64,000 nucleotides of DNA from an uncultured delta proteobacterium (GTDB taxonomy: Bacteria > Desulfobacterota > Binatia > JACPRU01), in contig CAVUWD010000002.1 of assembly GCA_963745025.1 (NCBI GenBank), positions 32,001 through 96,000 of the forward strand. The letters are read 5' to 3'. The position numbers and the translations under genes are program-made. Each line of letters opens with the position of its first letter. Within the stretch, counting starts at the first letter, position 1. Positions 31,808 to 40,820 of this stretch are shown here, piece after piece. The notes beneath the pieces are model-generated. The model saw nothing but the letters and a program-made list of their open reading frames with translations, had not been told where the DNA came from and ran no database searches.

Positions 31808-33679
31808 GTGTGCGGCATAGCGGGCGAGGTCTCATGGTCCGGCGTCGATCGGGACGCTGCGATCCGCATGGCCGAGCGCCTCCACCACCGCGGCCCTGAC
31901 TGCCGCTCGACCTACGTCGCACCCAGTGGCCGCTGTGTTCTCGGCCACACGCGGTTGCGCATCATCGACCTCGAGACCGGCGAGCAGCCGATGTCGAACG
32001 AGGACGGCTCGGTGTGGGTGGTCTTCAACGGCGAGGTCTACAACTTCACGGAGCTCCGCGGAGAGCTCGAAGCGCACGGCCACGCGTTCCGCAGCCGCAG
32101 CGACACCGAGGTCATCGTTCACGGCTACGAGCAATGGGGCGACCGCTTGCCCGAGCGCCTCGACGGCATGTTCGCGCTGGCGGTCTGGGACGAGCGGCGG
32201 CAGCGCCTATTCCTCGCCCGCGACCGAGCCGGTAAGAAGCCACTCTACATCTATCGCGACGACGAGCGGCTGCTGTTCGCTTCGGAGATCAAGGCGATCC
32301 TCAAGCATCCGGCGGCGGACGGCGCGATTGACCCGAGCGCGTTGCCGCTCTACCTGACCTACGGCTACGTGCCGGCGCCGCTCACCTTCTACCGGCGCAT
32401 CCGCAAGCTGTCGCCGGCGAGCTGCCTCGTGCTCGAGACAGACCGCGGCGCCCGCGAGTGGTCGTACTGGGATCTTGACTTCACGCCTCGGCCGATTCGC
32501 GCCGAAGAGGCGGAGGAAGAACTGCGCACACGCATGCGGGCCGCGGTGCGCCGGCGCATGATCGCTGATGTCCCGCTCGGCGCGTTTCTATCCGGCGGCG
32601 TCGACTCGACGATCGTCGTCGGCCTGATGAGCGAGGCCGCGAGCACTCCCGCGCGCACCTTCAGCATCGGCTACTCGGACGATCCCGCCTACGACGAGAC
32701 GTCGTACGCGCGGCTCGCGGCGGGCCGCTTCGGCGCGCAGCACACCGAGTTCATGGTCGGTCCGCAGTCGATCGACCTCGTCGACCGGCTCGTCGACGCC
32801 TACGACGAGCCCTTCGGCGACTCCTCCGCGATCCCGACGTACGTCGTATCGGAGCTGGCGCGGCGCGAGGTCACCGTGGCGCTCGTCGGCGACGGCGGGG
32901 ACGAGCTGTTCGCGGGCTATCTCCGCTTCTACGCGGCGGTGCTCTCGGAGCGCGTGCCGGCGGCTCTGTTCGGGCTTGCCGCGTCGCTGGCCCGGCGGCT
33001 GCCGCACCACGTCAATCCGCGCAGCGCCTCACGCCGCTTCGCACGTTTCGTCGAGGCCGCGTCGCTGCCTCTCGAGGAGCGGATGCTCCGCTGGATCGGC
33101 TTCTTCGCGGGCGAGGTCGGCTCGCTACTGCGCCCGGAGCTGACGGCCGAGATCGATGATCGTAAGCTCGCGGACAGCTTCCGCGAGCCGCTCGAGCGGA
33201 CGCGCGAGCTGTCGCCGCTGGCGCGTGTCCTCGATCTCAACTTTCGCACCTACCTGCTCGACGACCTACTCCCCAAAGCCGACCGCTGCAGCATGGCGCA
33301 CGGCCTCGAGCTGCGCTCGCCATTCCTCGATACGGCGGTGATGGAGCTGGCGGCGAGCTTGCCGGATCGGTTGAAGCTCCGCACTGGTACGACGAAGGTC
33401 ATCCTGCGGCGCGCCTTTCATGATCTTCTTCCCGACGAGATCCAGAAGCGTGGCAAGATGGGCTTCGGCATTCCGTTGCCGACCTGGTTCCGCAAGGAAT
33501 GGCGCCCGCTCGTCGAGGAGCGCCTGCTCGATCCCGGCGCGCGCATCTACGAGTGGCTCCGCCCCGAGCCCGTCCGCTCGATGGCCGAGCAACACTTCGC
33601 GGCGACCGCGGACTACGGGCATCAGCTCTGGGCGCTGCTCACGCTCGAGACTTGGCTCGAGCACAACCGGTGCTCGTGA
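31808..33679 (+). CDS. asnB: Asparagine-synthase-like glutamine amidotransferase (polysaccharide amidation)
   Basis: MCGIAG Ntn start, RGPD, FNGEVYNF, FLSGGVDS, GDGGDELF, ELRSPFLD. Confidence 0.92.
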   Translation: MCGIAGEVSWSGVDRDAAIRMAERLHHRGPDCRSTYVAPSGRCVLGHTRLRIIDLETGEQPMSNEDGSVWVVFNGEVYNFTELRGELEAHGHAFRSRSDTEVIVHGYEQWGDRLPERLDGMFALAVWDERRQRLFLARDRAGKKPLYIYRDDERLLFASEIKAILKHPAADGAIDPSALPLYLTYGYVPAPLTFYRRIRKLSPASCLVLETDRGAREWSYWDLDFTPRPIRAEEAEEELRTRMRAAVRRRMIADVPLGAFLSGGVDSTIVVGLMSEAASTPARTFSIGYSDDPAYDETSYARLAAGRFGAQHTEFMVGPQSIDLVDRLVDAYDEPFGDSSAIPTYVVSELARREVTVALVGDGGDELFAGYLRFYAAVLSERVPAALFGLAASLARRLPHHVNPRSASRRFARFVEAASLPLEERMLRWIGFFAGEVGSLLRPELTAEIDDRKLADSFREPLERTRELSPLARVLDLNFRTYLLDDLLPKADRCSMAHGLELRSPFLDTAVMELAASLPDRLKLRTGTTKVILRRAFHDLLPDEIQKRGKMGFGIPLPTWFRKEWRPLVEERLLDPGARIYEWLRPEPVRSMAEQHFAATADYGHQLWALLTLETWLEHNRCS

Positions 33680-34833
33680 TCTCGCTCAGGGCAGCCGTCG
33701 TCGAAAGCGCGATCCGATCGATCGGAGATCCGGGTTCGGCCAGAAGGCTCTCGGTTTGCGCCTTGGTGCCGTATCCTCAAGGCATCACGCCGAGCCAGCG
33801 CTACCGCATCGAGCAGTGGCAGCCGATCCTCGCGAGCGACGGGATCGACGTCGAGCTCTGGCCGTTTCTGGAGGAGAAAGACCTCGAGCTGCTCTACAGC
33901 CCGCGGCGCTGGCCTGAAAAAGCTCGCATGGTCACGCGCGCGACAGCGCGCCGTCTCGCAGCGGTGAGCCAGGTCGGGCGATTCGACGTCGTGCTGCTCC
34001 ATCGGGCTGCTTGCCTTGCGGGGCCGGCCTTGATCGAACGGCTGATTGCTCGCAAGAAACCGATGGTGTTCGACTTCGACGACGCCATTTACTTGCTCGA
34101 CACGACCGTGGCGAACCGGATCTTCGGATGGCTCAAGTTTCCGGGCAAGACCGCTTCGCTCTGCCGGATGAGCCGACACGTCGTGACCGGTAACGAGCAC
34201 CTCGCGAGCTATGCGCGGCGGTACAACGGGAACGTCACCGTCGTGCCGAGCAGCATCGATACCGATCTCTATGCGCCGAAGCGGCCCGCTCGCGCGGTGG
34301 GCAGGGTCGTCATCGGCTGGACGGGCAGCGCGACATCGCAGGCCCACCTCGAAGCTTTCACGCCCGTGCTGCGGCGGATCGTCGAGCGGCATCGCGTCGA
34401 AGTCCGCGTCGTGTCTGCGCACCGGCCTGCGCTCGACGGCGTGCCGGTCACCTGGAAGCGCTGGTCGGCCGCCCGAGAGGTCGAAGACCTCGCGGAATTC
34501 GACATCGGTATCGTGCCGCTCCCCGATGACGAGTGGACGCGGGGCAAGTCTGCGTTCAAGGCGCTTCAGTGCATGGGAATGGGCATTCCCGTGGTGTGCT
34601 CGGCGGCGGGCGCCAGCGTGGAGCTGATCCGACATGGTGAAAACGGCCTGCTGGCTTCGACGGCGCGAGACTGGGAAGAGAGCATCGGGCTCCTTATTGC
34701 GGAGCGATCGTTGCGAGAGCGGCTAGGCGCAGCGGGCAGGCGCACGATCGAGGAAGGGTTCTCGATGAAGCGATCGGCCCGCTCGCTGGCGGAGGTTCTG
34801 CGAGCCGCCGCCGGAAACGGCGGATCGATATGA
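33676..34833 (+). CDS. Glycosyltransferase family 4
   Basis: PSQRYRIEQ, FDFDDAI, IGWTGS, GKSAFKALQCMGMGIPVV. Confidence 0.9.
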   Translation: MISLRAAVVESAIRSIGDPGSARRLSVCALVPYPQGITPSQRYRIEQWQPILASDGIDVELWPFLEEKDLELLYSPRRWPEKARMVTRATARRLAAVSQVGRFDVVLLHRAACLAGPALIERLIARKKPMVFDFDDAIYLLDTTVANRIFGWLKFPGKTASLCRMSRHVVTGNEHLASYARRYNGNVTVVPSSIDTDLYAPKRPARAVGRVVIGWTGSATSQAHLEAFTPVLRRIVERHRVEVRVVSAHRPALDGVPVTWKRWSAAREVEDLAEFDIGIVPLPDDEWTRGKSAFKALQCMGMGIPVVCSAAGASVELIRHGENGLLASTARDWEESIGLLIAERSLRERLGAAGRRTIEEGFSMKRSARSLAEVLRAAAGNGGSI

Positions 34834-36194
34834 ATCATCTGCTCGATACTCTGCCGGAGATCCTGAATGAAACGGGATTCGTTCAGTCCCTCGTCGTGCT
34901 CATGATCCTCGGTTTGACGTTCGCGAAGGTTATCGCGCTAACAGCTAAGGATGAGGCAACCAAGAGGTTCGAGCTGTCACTCTTTGTGGCCGCACTCTTG
35001 ACCCGCTTCGTGGCCTCGCTCCTCATCTACGAGTTCGGGCTGTTGGATGTCATCAAGGAAGAGGACTCCTGGGGCTGGATGGGTGGCGTCGTCCTCCACG
35101 GTGATTGGGTTCGCCGCGACCTCAGCATCTTCGAGGTGGCTTACGAGTGCAACGCGCCGTTCCTTCATCCCTTCGGTAACTACGGCTACGAGTACCTGAT
35201 CGGGGTCGTCTTCTATCTCACTAACCTACCTGCACGGCTGCCCGCCGCGGTGGTGAGCAACGTCTGCGGCGCCGCCACCGCCGTGGTGGTGTATCGGGCC
35301 GGCGCACTGCTGTTTTCCGAGTGGGTCGCCAGGCGGGCGGCCTGGTGGACGTGCGTGATGCCGTCGCTCGTCGTCTGGGCCGCGCAGACCATCAAGGAGC
35401 CGATCGTCATCCTTCTCGAGGCTCTGGCTCTGTACATTTGCCTCCAGCTCAAGCGCAGCGGCTTCTCGATCGCCCGAGTGTTCCTCTGCGGAGCCATCGT
35501 CATCCTGCTCGTCGCCTTTCGCTTCTACGCCGCGTACATGACCGCCGGCGTGGTGGTCTTGTCCCTAGTCGTCGGAAGGACGGGGAGGACGGGTGAGACG
35601 GGAGCATCGGCATTCGTGATCGCCGCGATCGTCGTAGGCGTCATGCTGGGTTCGGGAATGGCCGCTCAGCACATGCCCGCGGTCGAGCAGTACAACCTGA
35701 AGACTCTTCAGGAGACCCGCGACTACACCGCGCGAACGGCGGGCTCGGGCGTGATCATCGACTACGACATGCAGACGCCACAGGGCTTCGGCATGTCGGT
35801 TCTCGTGGGTGGCGCGAATCTGTTGCTCGCGCCGTTCCCCTGGCAGCTCGGCGGCGCGAGCCTGAGGCTGTTGCTGACGCTGCCCGAGGTCGTCGTCTGG
35901 TGGTGGCTCGTCGTGTGTGGGCTCCTTCCGGGTATGGCGTGGTGTGTGCGGAAACGGGCCCTCGACGTGATGCCTCTGCTTCTTTTCCTGCTGGCGATGG
36001 GCACGCTCTACAGTCTCATCTTCAGCAACATCGGCCTCGGCTATCGCTATCGCGCCACACTGATGCCGTGGCTCTTGATCTTCGCGATGGTCGGGCTCGA
36101 GCGACGCAGGTTCCGACGCCTGGCCGTGGGCGAAGGCATTTCCTTCGCGCAACCCCGCGCCCCGCGGCAGCTGGTCGGCCACTTCGCCCCTTGA
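34830..36194 (+). CDS. Polytopic membrane protein, probable Wzy/GT-C-like polymerase
   Basis: About 10 hydrophobic segments, APFPWQ, NIGLGYRYR loop; operon position. Confidence 0.65.
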   Translation: MNHLLDTLPEILNETGFVQSLVVLMILGLTFAKVIALTAKDEATKRFELSLFVAALLTRFVASLLIYEFGLLDVIKEEDSWGWMGGVVLHGDWVRRDLSIFEVAYECNAPFLHPFGNYGYEYLIGVVFYLTNLPARLPAAVVSNVCGAATAVVVYRAGALLFSEWVARRAAWWTCVMPSLVVWAAQTIKEPIVILLEALALYICLQLKRSGFSIARVFLCGAIVILLVAFRFYAAYMTAGVVVLSLVVGRTGRTGETGASAFVIAAIVVGVMLGSGMAAQHMPAVEQYNLKTLQETRDYTARTAGSGVIIDYDMQTPQGFGMSVLVGGANLLLAPFPWQLGGASLRLLLTLPEVVVWWWLVVCGLLPGMAWCVRKRALDVMPLLLFLLAMGTLYSLIFSNIGLGYRYRATLMPWLLIFAMVGLERRRFRRLAVGEGISFAQPRAPRQLVGHFAP

Positions 36195-36270
36195 AAGTTC
36201 TTCGCATCATCGACCGCCTGAACGTCGGCGGCCCGGCCCAGCACGTCGCGTGGCTTGAGGCGGGTTGCTT
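36191..36270 (+). pseudogene. Truncated N-terminus of a GT4 glycosyltransferase
   Basis: TTG overlapping the previous stop; KVLRIIDRLNVGGPAQHVAWLEAG, then the GT4 pattern stops. Confidence 0.7.
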
Positions 36271-36390
36271 GTGGTTAAGCAAGTCGAGGCAGATAGGCGC
36301 CTTGGTCGAGCAGAGTGTGGCGACCTTCGCCCACGCGTAGAGGCCTGAGTCGTGTCACGATTGCCGAAGCTCAGATGGGAGTCCGGTTGA

Positions 36391-37290
36391 ATGGAGAAGA
36401 TCGACCGCCTCGGGTGGGCGGCAGGATTCTCCTTGGTTTCCTATGGAGTCCGGGTAGGGATCCGGACCAACAGGCCGGAGATGTTGGGGCGGCTCCGGGA
36501 GCTTCTACCGCCTGGCTGGAAGCCTACGGCTTCACCAGTTGTCGAACGACTGTATTCGCTCCTGGTCGGCAAAGGCGCGCCGCGACCCGGTTTGCGCCGC
36601 TTCCACCTGCTTTATGGGGATTCCGACGTCGTAGGTCGGGCGTCGAATCTGGACTCGATCTGTGAAACTCTCGAGTCGAACCTGCAACTCCATGTCGCGG
36701 AAAACGCGCGCCGCCGAACCTTCATCCACGCAGGCGTGGTGGGATGGCGAGGGTGCGCCGTCGTGATCCCGGGGCGAAGCTTCACGGGCAAGACCACGCT
36801 GGTCCGGGAGCTCGTCCGCGCGGGCGCAACTTTCTACTCGGACGAGTACGCGGTTCTGGATGCACGTGGCCTCGTGCATCCGTTCCCGAAGCCTCTCGGC
36901 ATCCGCAACGAGGGCGCGACGAAGCAGACGAAACAGTGGGCGGAGGCGCTCGGCGGCCGTACTGGAGTCGAGCCTCTACCGGTGGGATTGATTCTGCTGA
37001 CTCACTACAAAGCCGGCGCGACGTGGCGAGCTCGCCGATTGTCCGCCGGGGAGGGCGCATTGGCGCTGCTCGCGAATGCGGTGCCCGCCCGCCGGCAGCC
37101 CGGCCGCACTCTGGCGGCACTCCGGGCGGTAGTGCTGGGAGCGCAAGTGCTGAAAGGCCCTCGCGGCGATGCTGCTGAGGTCGTAGAAACATTGCTCGAT
37201 CGAGTGCGGACCTGGCATGGCGCGATAGTAACCCCGAAGGGCCAGCGCCAGATCGAGTTGGAGAACTCGCAGATGGAGTATCGATCATGA
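36391..37290 (+). CDS. HPr kinase-related P-loop kinase
   Basis: FIHAGVV, Walker A GRSFTGKTT, YSDE, VHPFPKPL. Confidence 0.8.
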   Translation: MEKIDRLGWAAGFSLVSYGVRVGIRTNRPEMLGRLRELLPPGWKPTASPVVERLYSLLVGKGAPRPGLRRFHLLYGDSDVVGRASNLDSICETLESNLQLHVAENARRRTFIHAGVVGWRGCAVVIPGRSFTGKTTLVRELVRAGATFYSDEYAVLDARGLVHPFPKPLGIRNEGATKQTKQWAEALGGRTGVEPLPVGLILLTHYKAGATWRARRLSAGEGALALLANAVPARRQPGRTLAALRAVVLGAQVLKGPRGDAAEVVETLLDRVRTWHGAIVTPKGQRQIELENSQMEYRS

Positions 37291-37784
37291 CCGACACAAG
37301 ACGACCATTGCCTGAGGCGCGTAGAGAAGACATCGTTGTCCAGGAGTTGCCGGATGAGACGCTTGTTTACGACCTGAAGCGCCATAAGGCGCTTTGCCTG
37401 AATCGTGCAGCCGGCCTCGTCTGGAAGCACTGCGACGGACGGACGAGTGTCGCCGAAATGGCCGTGCTCCTCGAACGGGAGCTGCAGACACCCGTGAAGC
37501 ATGAGGTGGTGTGGTTCGCGCTGGAGCGACTGGAGAAGGCTCGCCTGCTCGAAGAGAAGCTGGACCTGCGGTCTGGCGTGAAACGACTGTCGCGACGGGA
37601 GTTGGTTCAAATGGGGCTCGCCGCCGCTATTGCCGTGCCTGCCATCTTGTCGGTGGTTGCTCCGAGGGCAGCTCAAGCGGCTACCTGCCTTGCATTAGGT
37701 TCACCTTGCACCAAGAACAATCAGTGTTGCTCCAATCACTGCCGCTTTCCAACCCCGGGCCAGAGCGATGTCTGTGTGCCGTGA
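37287..37784 (+). CDS. PqqD/RRE domain fused to a Tat-like signal and a 6-Cys knottin-like peptide
   Basis: ETLVYD..LNRAAGLVWKHCDGRTSVAEM..LERLEKARLL (RRE); SRRELV + hydrophobic + AQA; C-X6-C-X5-CC-X3-C-X10-C. Confidence 0.8.
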   Translation: MTDTRRPLPEARREDIVVQELPDETLVYDLKRHKALCLNRAAGLVWKHCDGRTSVAEMAVLLERELQTPVKHEVVWFALERLEKARLLEEKLDLRSGVKRLSRRELVQMGLAAAIAVPAILSVVAPRAAQAATCLALGSPCTKNNQCCSNHCRFPTPGQSDVCVP

Positions 37785-37956
37785 ATGCTAGCAAGATCAT
37801 CATCCTCTCTCGTGCGAGCCTTTTCTCCCGCGCCACCCGCTGACGCCTGCGCCGACTCGTACCCCGAGCGGCATCGCCGGAGGCGCAATAATGGGCCTCG
37901 CAGTAATCTCGACGACGGTCTCGGTTGGTTGTGGTAGGTGAATGTTCGTTGTGGCG

Positions 37957-39006
37957 ATGAAACGAGGTAGGCGAATAGCTAGGATATTGGAGCATTGGTT
38001 GAGCCGGTCGACTTCGGGGATCGACAGGTGCACTGGGGAACTCCGCGAGATCGCACCGCTCCTTTTCCAAACCGGAACGGCGGCTTTGGCGTGGAGAGCC
38101 CTATGCCATCTCGATTCCGGGTCGTTTCCATTCGCGCGCGAGCTTCGGCAAGCGTACCGGCTGCAGGTCCTTCAGGCGGCTCTAAATGAGCGCGACATCA
38201 GCCAGCTCGGTATCTTTCTCAAGACATCCGGACTAACGGCCCTATTGGGAAAAGGATGGGCAGTAGCACGGCTGTACCCGGAGCCTGCACTTCGCCCTTA
38301 CGGGGATTTCGACTTGTACATGCGCCCACAGGACTACGCTGCCGCAGCAGCAGCGTTCGCGGGATCCGACGCTCCGCGATGCCCGGTGGACTTGCACTGT
38401 GGGTCGCTCGAGCTCGACGATCGCGGGTTCGACGAGGTGTATACCCGCTCGCAGGTGGTCAAATGCGGCGAAATGGAGGTGCGGATCTTCGGGCCGGAGG
38501 ACCACCTCCGCTTGCTGTGCGTGCACATGCTTCATCACGGTGCATGGCGGCCGCTCTGGCTTTGCGATATCGCGGTGGCGCTGGAGTCGCGCCCGGCAGA
38601 CTTCGACTGGGCCTATTTTTTGAGCGGCGATCCACGCCGTTCGGACTGGGTCGCTTGCGCCATCGGATTGGCGCATCAGTTGCTCGGCGCGCGCGTAGAA
38701 GGGACGCCGGTCGAACAGCGGTCGACGTGTCTACCGCGCTGGCTCGTGGCCGCGATTCTCAGGCAATGGGGCAGGAGGCGCTTACCTGACGGAATGCTCG
38801 CTCCGATGGAGCATCATCTGCGCAATCCTCGCGGGGTGCTCGAGGCTCTCCGCCTACGTTGGCCGAACCCGATTGAGGCGACCGTCAGAAGGGGTGGCCG
38901 ATTCAATGAGGTCCCCAGGCTACCGTTTCAGATTCGCGAGTGTCTGATGCGCACGATGCGCTTCGCTACACGACTACCAGGCTTGCTGCGCGAACCGGTC
39001 ATTTGA
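37957..39006 (+). CDS. Nucleotidyltransferase (NTP_transf_5-like)
   Basis: KGWAVARLYPEPALRPYGDFDLY, VDLH, PEDHLRLLCVH..LWLCDIA. Confidence 0.82.
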   Translation: MKRGRRIARILEHWLSRSTSGIDRCTGELREIAPLLFQTGTAALAWRALCHLDSGSFPFARELRQAYRLQVLQAALNERDISQLGIFLKTSGLTALLGKGWAVARLYPEPALRPYGDFDLYMRPQDYAAAAAAFAGSDAPRCPVDLHCGSLELDDRGFDEVYTRSQVVKCGEMEVRIFGPEDHLRLLCVHMLHHGAWRPLWLCDIAVALESRPADFDWAYFLSGDPRRSDWVACAIGLAHQLLGARVEGTPVEQRSTCLPRWLVAAILRQWGRRRLPDGMLAPMEHHLRNPRGVLEALRLRWPNPIEATVRRGGRFNEVPRLPFQIRECLMRTMRFATRLPGLLREPVI

Positions 39007-39034
39007 CGCTAGCAGGCAGACGCGTATCCTCTTT

Positions 39035-39172
39035 TGCATGTTTCGGCCGATCGTGAACACGGGGATCGGAGCGACGCGATCACCGGGATCGGTCGATGGT
39101 GAACACGAAGCTCGGCCTCGTGATCAGCCGGATCGGAGTCGTGATCACGCGGATCGGTCCGATGAACACGAG
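39035..39172. mobile_element. IS21-family-like terminus with six iterated 21-23-bp repeats, no istAB
   Basis: TG start, then TCGG-N-GTGAACAC/GTGATCAC units repeated. Confidence 0.6.
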
Positions 39173-39544
39173 CCACGACGCTCTTCGATCTCAGCCAAGC
39201 ATCTCGTCGTCATTTCTCGCCGGCAGTAGCCGCGAGGGCCCTCGTGCCTTCGGCTGCTGCCGGGCCTCCCCTCTTTTTCTTGGCTCGAGTTCGCCCTGGC
39301 GAAGGCACTCATGCTCGCGATCGCGATGCTGCTGCCGGCGCGCGAGATCCTCCGCAGCGGCGCCCCAGGCCCAAGAGGAGGCAGGGGCTACTACATCGCA
39401 GGAGCGGCGGTCGTTACTTCTTGCGGCCCTGCGACAGCATCATGTCGAGGAGCTTGTTCAGCGCCGCCTCGGTGAGCTTCTCCGGCTCCGGCGGCAGCAT
39501 CGCGGTCGTCAGGCACTGGCGTCCGAGCGCATCGCCCGTGTCGG

Positions 39545-40032
39545 GGAGCTGCGCAGCACGGAGTCGGCGCCGATCGTGAAGGACATCCGCGACTGGCTGC
39601 TTACCCGCAGGGCGCTTCCCCGCTCCTCGCTCGGCCGAGCGATCGGCTACACGCTCGAGCTCTGGCCGGGGCTGACGAGATTTCTCGTCGATCCGGCGAT
39701 CCCGAGCGACAACAATCACACCGAGCGCGCAATGCGCGGCGTCGCCGTGGGCCGCAAGAACCACTACGGGTCCCGATCCCAGCGGGGAACCGAGGTCGCC
39801 GCGCTCTTCTACAGCCTCATCGAGTCGGCCAAGCTCGTCGAAGGAGTCGAGCCCGCTCAATATCTCCGTCAGGCCGCGCGACGCGCGATCGACAATCCCG
39901 GTACGGTTACCCTGCCCGCCGATCTCCTCGCGCCGTAGGCTTCGCTGTTCGCCTCCCGCCACCCCATCTCATCCGCGCCGATCCTCGGCCATCCCCTTAC
40001 GCTGTGCTACACGGGGCGCGGCGAGCACTTAC
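39545..40032 (+). mobile_element. IS66 remnant: transposase C-terminus (to 39938) plus right end
   Basis: SSLGRAIGY..DNNHTERAMRGVAVGRKN..YSLIESAKL; terminus ..GAGCACTTAC (GTAAG on the reverse strand). Confidence 0.85.
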
Positions 40033-40057
40033 GCTCAACCGCAGGCCGTTGACAGCC
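40033..40057 (-). other. Left half of a putative attC site, cut by IS66
   Basis: Directly after the doc stop: GGCTGTCAAC-GGCCTGCGG-TTGAGC; partially complementary to the cassette start GTTAGCCAGCC. Confidence 0.45.
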
Positions 40058-40468
40058 TCAACGTGACCTCGTCTTTACGACATGAGCTCGCAGCCATGCG
40101 GCGAGTTCTCGTTCACTGACGCGGTGCGCCGCCACACCGAGCATGACCTGAACGACGTCGGGTTCTGGCGCTTCCAGCCGCCAGCCGTTCAGCTCGAGGA
40201 AGATCGCCATCGCAAGAAAGGCAACTCGCTTGTTCCCGTCGCGGTAGGGGTGGCTCGTTGCCAGTCCCCATCCGTAGGTCGCTGCCAGCCTCGGAAGGTC
40301 GCACTTCGGCTCGTAGTGCCAGCGCTGCTTGGCACGCGCGACGGCGGATTCGAGCGCGTTCTCGTCCCGAATCCCGGGCAGGCCGCCGTGCTCCCGCAGT
40401 TGGTCGAGATGAACCGCGTCGAGAACGACGCGCTCTACCCACGCGGGTTCCCAACGGCGGCGGGGCAT
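40058..40468 (-). CDS. doc: Doc/Fic toxin
   Basis: HGGLPGIRD, HPYRDGNKR. Confidence 0.92.
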   Translation of the reverse strand: MPRRRWEPAWVERVVLDAVHLDQLREHGGLPGIRDENALESAVARAKQRWHYEPKCDLPRLAATYGWGLATSHPYRDGNKRVAFLAMAIFLELNGWRLEAPEPDVVQVMLGVAAHRVSERELAAWLRAHVVKTRSR

Positions 40469-40471
40469 GAG

Positions 40472-40699
40472 TTACTTCGCCAGCTCGCGCAGGGCGTTTC
40501 GGTACTTCTTGGCGACCCGTCGTGCAATCGCCAGGGCTCGCTCAACCTCGGGATCGTAGGGCGTAATCAGGATTCCCTGCTCGCTTTCCACGGCCAGCAC
40601 GCGATCTCCGGGCTCCAGGTGTAGCCGGTCAACCATGTCCTTCGGCAGGGTCGCACCGATAGACCCCCCCGCCCGTCGCAGAGTAAGCTGCTTCACCAT
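40472..40699 (-). CDS. AbrB/MazE-type antitoxin partner of Doc
   Basis: LRRAGGSIGATLPK..L..GD..ITPYDP..YRNALRELAK. Confidence 0.88.
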   Translation of the reverse strand: MVKQLTLRRAGGSIGATLPKDMVDRLHLEPGDRVLAVESEQGILITPYDPEVERALAIARRVAKKYRNALRELAK

Positions 40700-40707
40700 G
40701 CTTTCTA

Positions 40708-40725
40708 GTAGCACTTCCGTACTAC
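40708..40725. promoter_or_regulatory. Palindromic operator of the Doc TA pair
   Basis: GTAGCAC-TTCC-GTACTAC upstream of the antitoxin start. Confidence 0.5.
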
Positions 40726-40738
40726 ACGGACAACGGCT

Positions 40739-40764
40739 GGCTAACAGTAAGTAGATAGCCCAAC
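40739..40764 (-). other. Putative integron attI / cassette core site
   Basis: Minus strand GTTGGGCTATCTACTTACT-GTTAGCC: AT-rich spacer before a GTTAG core. Confidence 0.45.
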
Positions 40765-40782
40765 GATGGAGGTTTGTCTGGA

Positions 40783-40820
40783 GCCCCAGGAGGCATGGCC
40801 TCTGGGGCGTTTTTGTTTTC
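40783..40820 (+). terminator. Rho-independent terminator-like hairpin
   Basis: GCCCCAGGAGGC-ATG-GCCTCTGGGGC followed by GTTTTTGTTTT. Confidence 0.45.

Noticed and set aside
31808-33679. asnB as a lasso-peptide cyclase for the nearby RRE/kinase genes
   Set aside because: It has an intact MCGIAG glutaminase domain, is coupled to a glycosyltransferase gene, and no B2 protease or lasso precursor is seen
39035-39172. CRISPR array
   Set aside because: Units are degenerate, abutting 21-23-mers without unique spacers or cas genes; they fit an IS21 end better
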